From positions 110,734,001-110,798,000 of the forward strand of contig NW_024704743.1 in assembly GCF_018977255.1 (NCBI RefSeq): DNA of 64,000 nucleotides, read 5' to 3'. The notes below the pieces were generated by a model. It was not told where the DNA came from and made no database searches. It saw only the letters and a list, made by a program, of their open reading frames with translations. Within the stretch, counting starts at the first letter, position 1, and each line of letters opens with the position of its first letter. Positions 24,518-37,730 of this stretch are shown here, one piece after another. The stretch is from Callorhinchus milii. Its lineage: Eukaryota. The translations under genes and the position numbers were made by a program.

Positions 24518-27500
24518 TTTCAACCATACCCCCTTCCCATGTAGTATCAAACTTTATTTAATTCATAAACCCCAAACTTTTATGGGCAGGAGAAAAAAAG
24601 CTGGAAGGTGGGGAGTAATAAACAAACAGGTAACGATGCCACAGAGACGATGGCCAAAATGCCTCGTTCTGGGCTGAAAATGCCTTTGTCTGTAAAGTAA
24701 GAATACTGGTGCACACAACCTGCGGGGAATGTTGACCAGCATATTGTTCCTGTTTAAAAAAGCTCAAGTTAATCAATATGCTTACTATCTCTTATTTGTC
24801 TTCATTTGCAGTTCCCTTTGCGTCCCTTAGGATGTAAACAGCCTCCCTAACTATCCTCTTTGTATTATCGAAAGAATTTTTGGTGTCATGTTTTGCATCT
24901 GCTGCTAATACTTCTCTCTGGGCCCCCCTAATCTCTTTTCTGACCTGCTTCTGTATAATCTTGTACTCGGACCAATGGTTGTCCTCTCTCCCATCTCCCT
25001 ACAAGCTTCATAAATCTTCCCTTTGTTTCTTAATCTCCCTTTCAGTTTTTCCTGTTTATCCCCAATTAAATTTTTTTTTCTTTCAATGCCCTACTTGTCC
25101 TGAATGCTCCATGTTATGCTTTTGAGCGGGGTGGGGGTGGGGGGGGTATAACAACACACAGTGAAGTATCAGTAGCATAAATGACATCTCAACACCGGAT
25201 AAACCCCCTTGGGATCTAGCGTGTCTCCTCCTGGGGAACCCCATGTTATGTCCCCCTGACCACATAACCTTACGTCCGACCTAGGATTGCTTCGAAGGCC
25301 ATACCTCACTGGTCGGTGTCGGTATGACCCACAAAGGTTTGGTTGCCAACTGTAAACGCACTTTACTCCCTAAGGTGCTTTATATAATAATACAGTATAT
25401 TAAACAGTCCTTGCATTTGATATAGCTCCTTATCACTTCTGCCCTGCGCAGGATATACTATAAGCAGTGTGTGTGACTGAATGTAATGTTGTGGCTTCAC
25501 CTGACGTTCAGGAGCCGTTGAACACCACTGTTTTACTGACGAGCACATGCACAGCCCCGGTGTTGAATTCTGCAAACGATAAACCTTTGAAAATGGAGCA
25601 GTGTTGATGTAAACCTTTGTCCTGAATAGACTGGAGCGCAATCCGTGATAGGGTAAATTGCACAGAGTGTGTGTGTGTGAGATGAGGTTGGTTTTTTTTC
25701 CCAGGGGAATATGAACGATAGTCTGTTTGCTTCCCTTTCTTGCTGAGCAGCATGCCTTAAAGGAATGATGGCGTGTAGTGCGTGCTTTATGTATGCAGTG
25801 AATGATGCTGAGTGTTACCGCCCAGGGCTCTGCTGACAGCTACAGTGAGTGACTTAGTGAAGGCGTGCACTGACTCAGCCAATGGGCTCGACCACCACCT
25901 GGAGCAGCACATGTTTACACTGCCGGGCGGGCGGGCGGGAGCATTCCGCCGGTGCAGAGCGGAATCTCCGAGAAAACACGGACCATTTACACACGGAGTG
26001 AGGAGCAGACTTCCATCCGGTCAACAAAACACTGGGAGAGCAGACAGCCTGTGCCACACAAGCTCCGCTGCTGAGACTCTAACCCGAGGTCCCCTACTCT
26101 GCCTGTTCAGCTGGACGATAAATGATCCCACGGCATTCCTCGAAAAGAGAAGGGACTTTCATCCCGTTGTCCTGGCTGACAGTCCGGCCCCGATAAAAAT
26201 CGGTCATTCACTTCGTAGATGTTCATGGGACATGGTTGTGCACAAATTAGCTGTTGCATCTGCCCACAAAGTACAGTCATTATACAATAAATTCCTGTGA
26301 AGCGCTATGAGATGTCTCAACAATGTGGTAAAGCGCTATATCAGATGCAAAGATTATTATTTATTATTATAGCTAAATAGGATTTACATTGTTATTAGCT
26401 CACGAACAAAACCGACCAGTTTTACACAGACTGTAATGTATTTGCATCATTGTTAGCATTGTGATAATGGCCTCGAAGCAACAGATTTTATCATCAACAA
26501 ACACCAGGTGGATTTTAAGAACAGTTGAGACAAGGCAAATTTACCCGTGTTGCAAAACATTGACTCGAAAAGAAAATACATAGGGCTTGAACTTTGGGAA
26601 ATAAAATATAATTAAAAAAAAAACAACCTTTAAAGGCAGTGATTCTTTTTTTACAACTTCCATATACCTTCAAAATATAACAATCCTAACATTTGAGACA
26701 GCGCCTTTCACGACAGGACGATATCTCAAAGCGATTCACGGTATATGTTGTAAAGTGTAGTGACTCTGTATTTTGTAGGTGAAATTATCACCGGTTGTCA
26801 CTTTCATTCCTCTTGAGTTAGTTTTTGGTTTATTTTTTCCCCCCCAATGTGTCCGTTTATAAATAATAATAATCCTTATATTTGTTACACTTGACACAGC
26901 GCCTTTTGCGTCGGAAGGACGTCCCAAAGTACTGCGCAGGATTCACTGTGAAGTGTAATGGCTGTGTGCCCCGTGCTCTATTATATATAATATTCCTTGC
27001 GCATATATGTGACAATGTGCGCAATTGGCTACCGCGTTTCGCCCCACAGAATACACAGTCCACTCACTTTACGGGGTATTCCGCGAAGCCCCGTGAGACG
27101 TCTCGAAGATGCGATAAGAATAACAATCCTCGACAAGGCGTTTGAAGTGGCGCCTCATCGCATCCGCGAGACGCCTCAAAGCGCTTCACAGGATAGACCG
27201 CCGAGTGAACTGACTGCATTTTGCGGGCGATATCAATAATAATAATAATAATAATAATCCTGGCAATTTGATGTAGCGCTTTCCCACGTCCTCTCGACTA
27301 CTCAAAGCGCTTCGCAGGATAAGCTGTGAAGTCAAGTGACGGTACATTTGCGGGCGAAAACGAACAAATGCCAGGATAGCATTATTATATTGATGATGAT
27401 TTTTATTAGTGTATGGTTGCAAACGTTTTTTTTCAACCCCCCCACCCCCCCCACCACCAAAAAAAAGGGGCTGTGGGATAGGATGGGATGGGATGGTGGG

Positions 27501-27882
27501 GTTTAAACCAACGAGGAACGAATTGGAACTGGTCCAGGCTCGGATTGACCTGATTCCTGTGTTGGTGAGTAAACTCCAGCTCTGGTTTTGCACGTTGCAA
27601 TGTCAGACTGGAGAAGGCTTCGAAAACAAACAAGTCAGTTCTGAGCCCCGGACAGAGAGCTGTGCTTTTATTGCACATTAATATATATTATCATTAACAA
27701 CAACTCGCAGCGTTGCTTCATGTCTCTCTCTGGGTTTCTGTCCATCCCAACGGAACCAGTTGCTCTTTCTTTCTGTTTTAGCAATTGCACCTTTTTTTTT
27801 GGTGGTGGTGGTGGTGGTGAGGGGGGGACAGGGGGGGCATTGCATTGATTTGTATTGAGAGAGAAATATTAATAACATAAAT

Positions 27883-28354
27883 CTGTGTGTGTGTGTGTGT
27901 GTGTCTGTGTGTGTGTGTCTGTGTCTCTGTGTGTGTGTCTCTGTGTGTGTTTGAGTGTCTGTGTGTGTGTGTGTCTGTGTGTCTCTGGTGTGTGTGTGTG
28001 TCTGTGTGTGTCTGTGTGTGAGTGTCTGTGTGTGAGTGTGTGTGTCTGTGTGTGAGTGTCTGTGTGAGTGTGTGTGTGAGTGTCTGTCTGTGTGTGTGTG
28101 TCTGTGTGTGTGTGAGTGTCTGTCTGTGTGTGAGTGTGTGTGTGTGTCTGTGTGTGTGTGTCTGTGTGTGAGTGTGTGTGTGTGTGAGTGTGTGTGTGTG
28201 AGTGTGTGAGTGTGTGAGTGTCTGTGTGTGAGTGTGTGAGTGAGTGTGTGAGTGTCTGTGTGTGAGTGTGTGTGTGTGTGTGTGTGTGAGTGTGTGAGTG
28301 TGTGAGTGTCTGTGTGTGTGTGTGTGAGTGTCTGTCTGTGTGTGTGTGTGTGTG
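27883..28354. repeat. Degenerate (TG)n microsatellite with TC/AG interruptions
   Basis: Seen directly; ends about 10 nt before the ZNF704 ATG. Confidence 0.97.
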
Positions 28355-28363
28355 TTGTTCGCT

Positions 28364-28648
28364 ATGCAGTCGCGCCGCTCCGCTAAGAGGTCGCTGCTCG
28401 GCTGCCGGGTTTGCGCCCCGAGTCCCGCCGGGGATGGGCAGCTGGTCCCCGGGGTCATCCAGGCTCTGCTGCCCGACAGCAGCGTCTACACCGTGAGGCT
28501 GGAGGACGGCAGCCTGAGGGAGTATCCCGAGGAGGAGGTGGTGCTGCCGGGGCCGGGCAGCCACTGCCACTGCCTCCACAGCCACTGCCTCAGCCACAGC
28601 CTCAGCCACAGCGCCGCCGGCAAAGGGCAACTCAAATGCAGGGAGAAG
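28364..28648 (+). CDS. ZNF704: ZNF704 first coding exon (ZNF395/ZNF704-family N-terminus)
   Basis: GC/CpG-rich ORF MQSRRSAKRSLLGCRVCAP...QLKCREK. Resembles the ZNF395 start (SRRLGKRSLLGARVLGP...QPGQK). Donor AAG|gtgggt is phase 0 and fits the next exon. Confidence 0.85.
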
Positions 28649-28691
28649 GTGGGTAACCAGAGCGTCTGTCTGTATATGTGGCTGTGCGGTC

Positions 28692-30012
28692 TGTGTGTGT
28701 GTGAGAGGCTACACAGTGTGTGTGTGCGTGTGAGAGGCTACACTGTGTGTGTGTGTGTGGCTACACAGTGTATGTGTGTGTGTGTGGCTACACAGTGTGT
28801 GTGGCTACACAGTGTGTGTGTGTGTGGCTACACAGTGTGTGTGTGTGGCTACACAGTGTGTGTGTGTGGCTACACTGTGTGTGTGTGTGGCTACCCTGTG
28901 TATGTGTGTGGCTATCCTGTGTATGTGTGTGGCTACCCAGTGTGTGTGTGTGGCTATCCTGTGTGTGTGTGTGTGTAGCTACCCAGTGTCTGTGTGTGTG
29001 TGTGTGGCTACACAGTGTGTGTGTGTGTGTGTGTGGCTACACAGTGTGTGTGTGTGTGGCTACACAGTGTGTGTGTGTGGCTACACAGTGTGTGTGTGTG
29101 GCTACACTGTGTGTGTGTGTGGCTACCCTGTGTATGTGTTTGGCTATCCTGTGTGTGTGTGTGTGTAGCTACCCAGTGTCTGTGTGTGTGTGTGTGGCTA
29201 CACAGTGTGTGTATGTGTGTGTGGCTACACAGTGTGTGTGTGTGTGGCTACACAGTGTGTGTATGTGTGTGTGGCTACACTGTGTGTGTGTGTGGCTACC
29301 CTGTGTATGTGTGTGGCTACCCTGTTTGTGTGTGTGGCTACCCAGTGTGTGTGTGTGTGGCTATCCTGTGTGTGTGTGTGGCTACCCTGTGTGTGTGTGT
29401 GTGTGTGTGGCTACACAGTGTGTGTATGTGTGTGTGGCTACACTGTGTATGTGTGTGTGGCTACCCTGTGTATGTGTGTGTGGCTACCCTGTGTATGTGT
29501 GTGGCTACCCTGTTTGTGTGTGTGGCTACCCAGTGTGTGTGTGTGGCTATCCTGTGTGTGTGTGTGTGGCTACCCTGTGTGTGTGTGTGTGTGTGGCTAC
29601 ACAGTGTGTGTATGTGTGTGTGGCTACACAGTGTGTGTGTGTGTGTGTGTGGCTACACTGTGTGTGTGTGTGTGGCTACACTGTGTGTGTGTGTGTGTGG
29701 CTACCCTGTGTGTGTAGGGGGCTACACTGTGTGTGTGTGTGTGGCTACCCTGTGTGTGTGGCTACCCAGTGTGTGTGTGTGTGTGTGGCTCCCCTGTGTG
29801 TGTGGCTCCCCTGTGTGTGTGGCTCCCCTGTGTGTGTGGCTACCCTGTGTGTGTGGCTACCCAGTGTCTGTGTGTGTGTGTGGCTACCCAGTGTCTGTGT
29901 GTGTGGCTACCCTGTGTGTGTGGCTACCCTGTGTGCGTGGCTACCCTGTGTGTGTGGCTACCCTGTGTGTGTGGCTACCCAGTGTCTGTGTGTGTGTGTG
30001 TGTGGCTACCCA

Positions 30013-30050
<38 letters not shown>

Positions 30051-30418
30051 CTACCCTGTGTGTGTGGCTACCCTGTGTGTGTGGCTACCCAGTGTGTGTG
30101 TGTGGCTACCCAGTGTGTTTGTATGTGTGGGGCTACCCTGTGTGTGTGTGTATATGCGTGGCTGCCCAATGTGTGTGTATGTGTGGGGCTACTCAGTGTG
30201 TGTGTATATGTGTGGCTGCCCAGTGAATGCACGTGACTGTGTGTGTGGTTGCCCGGTTTGTGTATGTGGTTGCCCAATGTGGGTGTGAGGCTGCATGGTG
30301 TGTGTGTGTGTGTGTCCCAGCTCGGGTCTGAAATGCTGTACTCTGTCCAACGCCTTGGGCCGTCCTCCCGACATGAAAGGTGCTATAATGTAATCTTGTC
30401 GTTGTTGTGTGTTGTTGC

Positions 30419-30451
<33 letters not shown>

Positions 30452-30539
30452 CTGCCCGGTTTGTGTGTGTGGCTGCCCGGTGTGTGTGTATTTGTGTGTA
30501 GCTGACCTGTGTGTGTGCGCGTGCGCGCATGGCTGCCCG

Positions 30540-30572
<33 letters not shown>

Positions 30573-30680
30573 GCTGCCAAACGTGTGTGTGCTTGTGTGT
30601 AGCTGCCAAGTGTGTGTGTGTGTGTGTGCGTGTGGATGCTTTGTGTGGGTGGTGGCTACTGCCTGATTTGTGCATGTTTT

Positions 30681-30711
<31 letters not shown>

Positions 30712-30788
30712 AGCTACTCATTGCATGTGTGAGGCTGCCCACTGTGTGTGGTGGGCGAGAGGGTTGTGGCTGTTGCCCAGTGTGCACA

Positions 30789-30822
<34 letters not shown>
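28692..30822. repeat. Compound minisatellite: GGCTAC(A/C)C(A/T)G cores separated by variable (TG)n
   Basis: Dozens of units seen directly. Interrupted by an L2 tail at about 30316-30417. Confidence 0.97.
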
Positions 30823-30825
<3 letters not shown>

Positions 30826-32634
30826 CGTTACATGATTGCAGCACACACTCAGTGACTCCAGTCTATTCACTCCTCACCTCTCCCGTAATTCGGATGACAC
30901 GCAGCTCCTCGATGACCTCAGTGTTATTTGGAGGGCTGAACCTGAACCCCACACTGAACTCTCAGTGATTTTACAATGTTATTTGGTGGTGATTGGATTC
31001 TGTTCAACTTTAACCTCAGATCATTTGAAGCATTTGGACCCTCCAGCTGCCCTCTCGCTGTTATTTGGGCGGGTTTCACTCTAACCTCTCACTGACCTCT
31101 CAGTGTTATTTAAGAGCGAACGACATTTACTTTTCCCTTCCTCGCTTCTTCCTAAAGGCTATTTGAGATGGTTGGACCTTAACCCCTCACTGATCTTACA
31201 GTGTTACTTGGCTGTGCTGAGCCAAGATCCTAACCACTCTCTATTGGATTTCGCTGCCCTTATTTCAAAAGGGCTTGTAAGAGAATCTGACACTGAAAGG
31301 TTATTATTGTACTTCACGCTGCACATGTTTTGTTTACCAGTGCTGTACAGTAACCCGCTATAAATCAATCAACCTCTAATTGACTCAAAGAGCAAGTAAC
31401 TTTGATGTGTGGGTGGGTCTGGTACAATACAATACAAAATTACATTTGTTTACAGCCTTTCACGTCGGGAGGACGTCCCATGGCGTTGAACAGTTAGTGA
31501 TTTGGACCCAAGCTGGGGGTCGGGATCGTGGAGGGTAGGAGGCTGGCCGGAGGCTCGGTCGAAGAGGATGGTTTTGAGGCGTGCCTTGAAGAAGGAAGGA
31601 AGGGAGTGAGGGAAGGGAATGTGGGATGGAGTTCCATATGGTGGGGAAGAAAGGCTGAAGCCTCGACCGCTGATGGTGGGGCAGGCTGGGCGGGGGACGT
31701 GGAGCAGGACAGAGCCTGCTGAGCGGAGGGAGTGGACAAGTTGATATGGGTCAGCAGGTCACAGAGGTAGGGAGGGGCAAGCCCGTGGTACTGCTCCCAC
31801 CCAAGCCAGAATTGGTAGAAAAGGAATGAAAAGCTCAGGGGAATTCTAATTTCAAATGGGATAATAAACCAGCATAATATGCTGTGTCTAGTATTTCTGG
31901 ACTTAAAAGTGGTGCATTAGTCTCGGAACAAGCAGAAAGCATTACATCGTCTCTGCCTCTCCCCCCTACCCCTCCTCCCAGGTTTGTTGTCTATCCATTG
32001 AGTTGCGCTTTACATGATTTAGGCTGAAATAGTACCTACTGTAACAATAAGCTTGTCTAAACACTAACATAATCCAATGGGAAATATAACCAGCAATGGA
32101 AGAAATGCAAAAAGAGAACAGTGCAGTTTAAAGAGTGAGTTTTTAATCGAAACATTAGTGCAATAGTATTTCCACTGCAATACAATTGTTATTGATAAAT
32201 ACTGTTTCGGGAGTGTAAGAGCATGTAGCTGGAGGCAACCACAACAATTTAGCTCACACATGTGACCATGGTGTTTGCTGTGAATACAGGAGCAATGAAA
32301 GAGTTTGTGCATTGCTGATGCATGTGTATTTGTTTCTTTGATGCCTTCGTCGTTACTTTATTATTGAAAGGTTCAGTGTGTTTTGCTTATTTTTTGGGAT
32401 CGGAACATTATAAATCATTCAGTATAGCTCATGTGTACCTGTGCCATATCCCAGATTGTTTTGGCTTACACTCTGCTTACATACATTGTACACGAACATC
32501 AGCGCCTTGGGACGTCCTCCCGACGTGAAAGGCGCTCAATAAATGGAATCTTGTTGTTGTTGTTGTTGTATGACTGGAATGTTTTTATGTGCGTATGTCA
32601 GCCTGGTGCACAGGTGAAAACATGGCTTAATTTG

Positions 32635-32850
32635 TCAAACTTTCGCTTCTCATTCAGAAGGTTGTGGGTTCAAGCCCCACGTAGGAACTTTGAACCCACG
32701 GCTAACACTCCAAGTACAGTGCTAGGGAGTGGGGTGGGGTTGGGGCTGGAGGGTAGAGCTACATTATCAGAGGTACAATCTTTCGGATTAGACGTTAAAC
32801 TGAGGTCCTGTCTGCCACTTCAGATGGATGTTAAAGATCCCCTGGCACAA
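32635..32850 (+). mobile_element. Older SacSINE1-like DeuSINE fragment
   Basis: Reads tcagaaggttgtgggttcaagcccc...gacgttaaactgaggtcc...atgttaaagatccc. Related decayed copies lie at ~13290-13560 (-), ~14620-15010 (-), ~44080-44380 (+) and ~61420-61790 (-). Confidence 0.65.
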
Positions 32851-34699
32851 CACTAAAACCCTGGCTGGCTTGGACCAATGGAGATGCCTCCAAGGGTTAA
32901 TGCCTCTGAATGCCTCTTGCCGGAATTATGTAGCAGAAGAAAAAAAATATTACTGTAATAAGGAAATAAATTACCAAACGTTACAGTTTGGGATTTTTCC
33001 TCCTCGTGGCTTGTCATGTTTATCAAGTCTCGGCAAGGTTTGAAGTTCCCAGGATTAATCATTGATCTCTGCTGAACTCTCAGATAATCTCATTCAAGGT
33101 GTCATATACACCTAACCCCCACCCCCTCAAGATTATAGTATTAATATCAGATAGTGTTGTTTGCCTCTGATCACTGTGACGTGACCCCTGCTGGAGATGC
33201 TTATATGTAGATGGACTTGAGTGAAGCACAGGTTTGGGTTCTGCTGTAATGCCCTCCCATAGTGAATAGCTTGCCAGCAATCGCTGGTTATGGGCACACC
33301 TGAATATTAGACACTTGGGCATGGTACCAAAGGGCAGCTGGTGCCTGTTGAACCCTTTCCCAGTGCAAGTGAAAAGGAGTCAAATGCTTTGGGAAAAGAG
33401 GAATTGTTGAGGGACAAAAAAAAGTCTGATTTATTTTGGGGAAAATGTTTAATCTTTAAGTGAGAGATGTATCCGATACTTTTTACAGACTGTTATGACC
33501 ACACATCTTTGGAAAACAATCAAAGGATCTTAAAGCTGTGTATTTTCTATGGTACAGTACTGTCGTTGTTTGTTTGCTTGTAAACAGTCCACCCACTTAG
33601 CAGTTTCCAGCCTAGCGGTTGAATGCAAGACTGCTGCAGTCTTTTTCTAAGGCAGCCCTTTGAGGAGATTGAACAATGCACTCTTAAAAACAGCTTCCAT
33701 AGCATGTGAAGGTTGCCACTTTAAATACTTTAAAATCATCAGTGACTACAGCCTACGCAAAATTTGCCAAATTGTTAGATGCTGCTATTGCTACCAGTAA
33801 TGATTATTGTGAGCTGCATTCTCCAGAGGTTGCTGGGGTGTTTACAATGAGTCTAGTTTTAACCTTCCCATTCGTCATAGGCTAGCTCCAGACATTTTTT
33901 GACCATGCCATGCAAACTTACCTTGCATACGCTTTTTTAAAAATGATAAATAAAACATTTTGATCCTTAAAATAGCAATAAGAATCCTTACCTTTGGTAA
34001 GGGCAAAATGATATATTTTTGGTAACATGTATTTGCCAGAAGCTATTGTTTTGTTAAATAAACTGAATGTAGATTGAACTTTTTATATTTCAGCTTTGAT
34101 TTCCAATGAAGCATTGAAGTACGTAAATGCTCAGAGGAAGTAAACAAGGTGCTATTAATAATAATAATAATAATAATCCTTGCATTTGATATAGCGTCAT
34201 GCGTTGAGACGTCTGAAAATGCTTCACAGAATATATTATAAAGTGAATTGATTGTGTTTTGTGGGCGAAACCCGGCAGCCAATTGCGCACAACAATTACT
34301 ATTTACAATTTTGATACATCTTGAAGACATGATAAGGCGCTATGAATTCAAATATTATTATTACTTTATTACTTTTTATTGTAACTGAGTGCATATGTTA
34401 TTTTTGGTGTTTATTCTAAATGTCAGCTACCAATTTCAGTTAATACCTTTCTTTGTTACTATTAAAGGATAGTAAAACAAGAAGGGTCTTGCAGCTTTAT
34501 TAGACACAGCGGGGGCTTGACAGGCATTGAATTCTAATTTCCTTTTTACACTAACAGGTTTCTGCTTGGATAAACCTTGTAAGTGACACACTGTCATATT
34601 GGCACAAGAAACACTCACCTCCAAAGATGGGTCTTGCTGGCATGAATTCGGAGGTGTAACTGCAGTATAATTGTTCTTTGAGATTGGGCCAGGTTACTA

Positions 34700-35260
34700 T
34701 CAGGTTGTTTATCCCCCACGTCCCAGGTAGCTATGCGTACAAATATCCCATGGCTGATTCTGTGGCCATGTAAAATGTGGGAAAACAATTTCAATGATGT
34801 GTTTGCAGCAGAGGTTAGGTTCTGGCTTTGTTTCATCACCATTAATTGAGGTTTCAGACATCCCCCTAGTCTAGATGGCGCAGTGATAAATAAAATAAGC
34901 TTTGGCATTCTGACTAGGGCGGTGTACAGCCATAATGTTTCAGTTTCTGCCTCTTTGATTTCAAAAGGATCCAAGCTTTATAATGAGTTATCTAATTTAA
35001 ATTGATTTTAATCCACCGCCTCATCCACTATACATTTCCACCATCTTTCTACCAGCAACGGAGGTGAAGTCAACTGGAAGCTGGTCATGTTGCCTCCAGC
35101 ATACTATCAGCTCCACGCGCCACAAGTTATTGTACCCAGTGAGTGAGAAACCACCTACTGTAATAGTGTGTGAAGTTCTCCCCCGTTCCTTAGAATTGGG
35201 TATGAATTCTGTGTGCAAGGTTTTGACATTGTAAATTCAAATAGACGTTGAGGCCCAATA
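34700..35260 (-). mobile_element. Possible decayed CR1 apurinic-endonuclease region
   Basis: FSLTGYNNLWR...GGG...EAETETLWL resembles the CR1 endonuclease IPGYNLFRxDR..GGGV...ExLWV. Confidence 0.35.
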
Positions 35261-37730
35261 TTTGGTAGTTTCTAATGAATTCTTTACTAAGGAAGCAGTA
35301 AGTGTGTAATGCTGATACGTGAAACTTTGCTCCGACACAACCTGTTTTCAGAGTGGGGTTCTGCAAGGCAGTGCACATGTTTCCTCTCACAAAAAAGGGA
35401 TTCCCCACTCGGAATCCTTATAAAAGAATCGCCTAGAAATTGTCGCAGACATGATCCAGGTTTCTAAAGTCATGGCAATGAATTGATAACGTGCATGCAG
35501 ACAGGTTATTTAGCTTGTGGACAGCTAAATGTGAAAACTCCATCAAGCGTTTTCAGACATTTCAATGTGATAAAGCTCTATATCAAATGCAAGGATCATT
35601 ATTATTATTACAGATAAATGTAGTCAAATCATGTGTGTACTATAATAATAATCCTTGCGTTTGATACAGCGCCTCATCATGCTGTTGAGATGTCTCAAAG
35701 CGTTTCACAGGATATTCTGTAAAGTAAATTGACTGTATTTTGTGGGTGAAACTAGTATTTGCTGAGCTTCTGGAACCATGGAAAGGTCACATCAGGTAAA
35801 GCACTCGGACATGCAATGAAAGGTGAAAGGGTAGGTAGTAGTTTTGCTTAATTTACCTGGGGAGTGGGGGATGAAGAGACAGCATATCGGTTTGCATGCA
35901 ACACAATTCCACTGAGCTTTCAAATTACTGGGCATGACTGTAGGAATCTATTTGCTCTTTGCCAACGACAACAAGAGGCGGGCCATTAATATTCTGGTGC
36001 TTTCACCTGCCAAGGTGCTTCAGAGACCTCTCTCCCTACCCCTCCAGTCTCACCTTCAGCTCCAACATTGTGAAGCACTTTGAGATGTTGTCCCTGGTGA
36101 AAGGCTTGCACCAGTGCCAAATGTTTGATCTCTCCCCTGTCAAGCGCTTGTCTTATTCGGCTTCAATTTAAGATTCGGGAGCATTTAAGCTTTGTGTGGT
36201 TGGGGCAGTGTGCGGTGTTGTTACAAGTTTGAGAGACAAATTCATTAAGTGTAAGTGCTCATTGAAGTTAGGTGTGGGTGGGGGAAAGATTGGGGCCCAT
36301 GGGTTATAGCTGTAGTTTTCTAGGCGGTGCCTGTGATTGTTTAAGTTAATGATAAACATTTTGCTGGGAATGTTTCAAACTAGTTATGTGAACCTTGCTC
36401 ATTGCATTTAAGGCTGCGATAATAACAACAAAAAACGTTAACAATTTGGCAGGTTTGCAAAAGCGCAAGTCAGCCGCAGGCCTAAAATGTATTTACTTCT
36501 GCCTGAAGTGTTTGGCACCTACAATTACAATATTCAATTTTAGTGTCCGACTGAAAAAAAAATCTTACTTCAAGGAGCTGGCGGAAACTGGAGAAACTAT
36601 CTGTACCTATTGCAGCTATGCTTGCAACCAGTTTAATTTAATCGTCCTTCTCTCTTTCGCCTGACATTTATATTTGTCCTTGAGAGGCTTGATCTTCACT
36701 TCTTAGGCATCTTTTCTCCTTAAGATTAAGAAAATGTGCTATTGAACTCATTAGCATCCCTTTTTCAACCTCTGGAACTCCATCCCCCAATCACTCCACC
36801 TCACCCCCTCTTTAGCCTCCTTCAAGTCCCGCCTCAAAACCCTCCTCTTCGACTATGCCATTAATCATCCCCCTTCCCCTCCCTTCTCCCTCCTGACCCA
36901 GGCTCGGGTCTGAAACGCTGTACTCTGTCCAGCACCTTGGGACGTCCTCCCGATGTGAAAGGCACTATACAAATGTAATCTTGTTGTTGTTGTTCACATA
37001 TTTGCACACATATCTTTGGGGAGGACTCCTGTTGGGAGGACTCCTGATACACAGACAGACATTTCATCTTTATTAGTACAGATGTATCTCTCTGGACGGG
37101 TGTGTGACCTGTTTCTACTTTGTTGCAGAGTACCATGCATACCTGTTTGGGGGCTTAATTAAAGCATTGTTTTAAATATATTTTTTAATATAACTCATCA
37201 ACGATAGACATCCCTCCAAAAAATATGCCCATGACACTACCCTATGTAAGACCATTCCGATGAGGTATAAATCCAGTCTCTACATCAATCGGTTATTGCG
37301 TTCTTGTCAGACTGACAGAGGTTTCATCTTTTAGTATAGATTAACACCTAATGGTATATCTGTAGCTTGTCAATCAGAGACCAAAGAGGGGTGAGGAAAG
37401 GAGATCAATCATCTCATAAAAAGCTTTTTTTTTAAACATTTATTGAAAAAATGCCTTTTTCTTTCATTTTAGGAACTACTAAAATAAGAATTGTAATGGT
37501 TTGAACCCCATTGGGACAGTGAAATAGCGCAAGATGCTTTCAGCAGGGGTCAGGTGTGGTTAACCAGTTTTCCCACCACCCACCCCACCCGGTTCACACA
37601 CACTCCATCTGAAACAGGGAAGTTAGGATTTTGTGGCAACAGGAGCTGAGAGAGAGAGAGAGCTACAAACAGGGGAGTGGTACATGCTCAGTTTCATTAA
37701 ATAGATTTGTTGTGTAGTGATAAACCTTGA

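Larger units (their letters stand above)
26900..28690 (+). promoter_or_regulatory. Probable ZNF704 promoter / CpG-retaining region
   Basis: Visible CpG enrichment at 27010-27365 and 28360-28690 around the first coding exon, against a CpG-depleted background. Confidence 0.5.

Noticed and set aside
28720..30288. 522-aa and overlapping Cys/Val-rich ORFs (and His/Thr-rich minus-strand ORFs at 27778-28630)
   Set aside because: Translations of TG-repeat satellite that lacks stop codons; not genes.
28692..30300. CRISPR-like repeat/spacer appearance
   Set aside because: The spacers are just (TG)n, the cores are ~10 nt, the context is a vertebrate intron and there are no cas genes.
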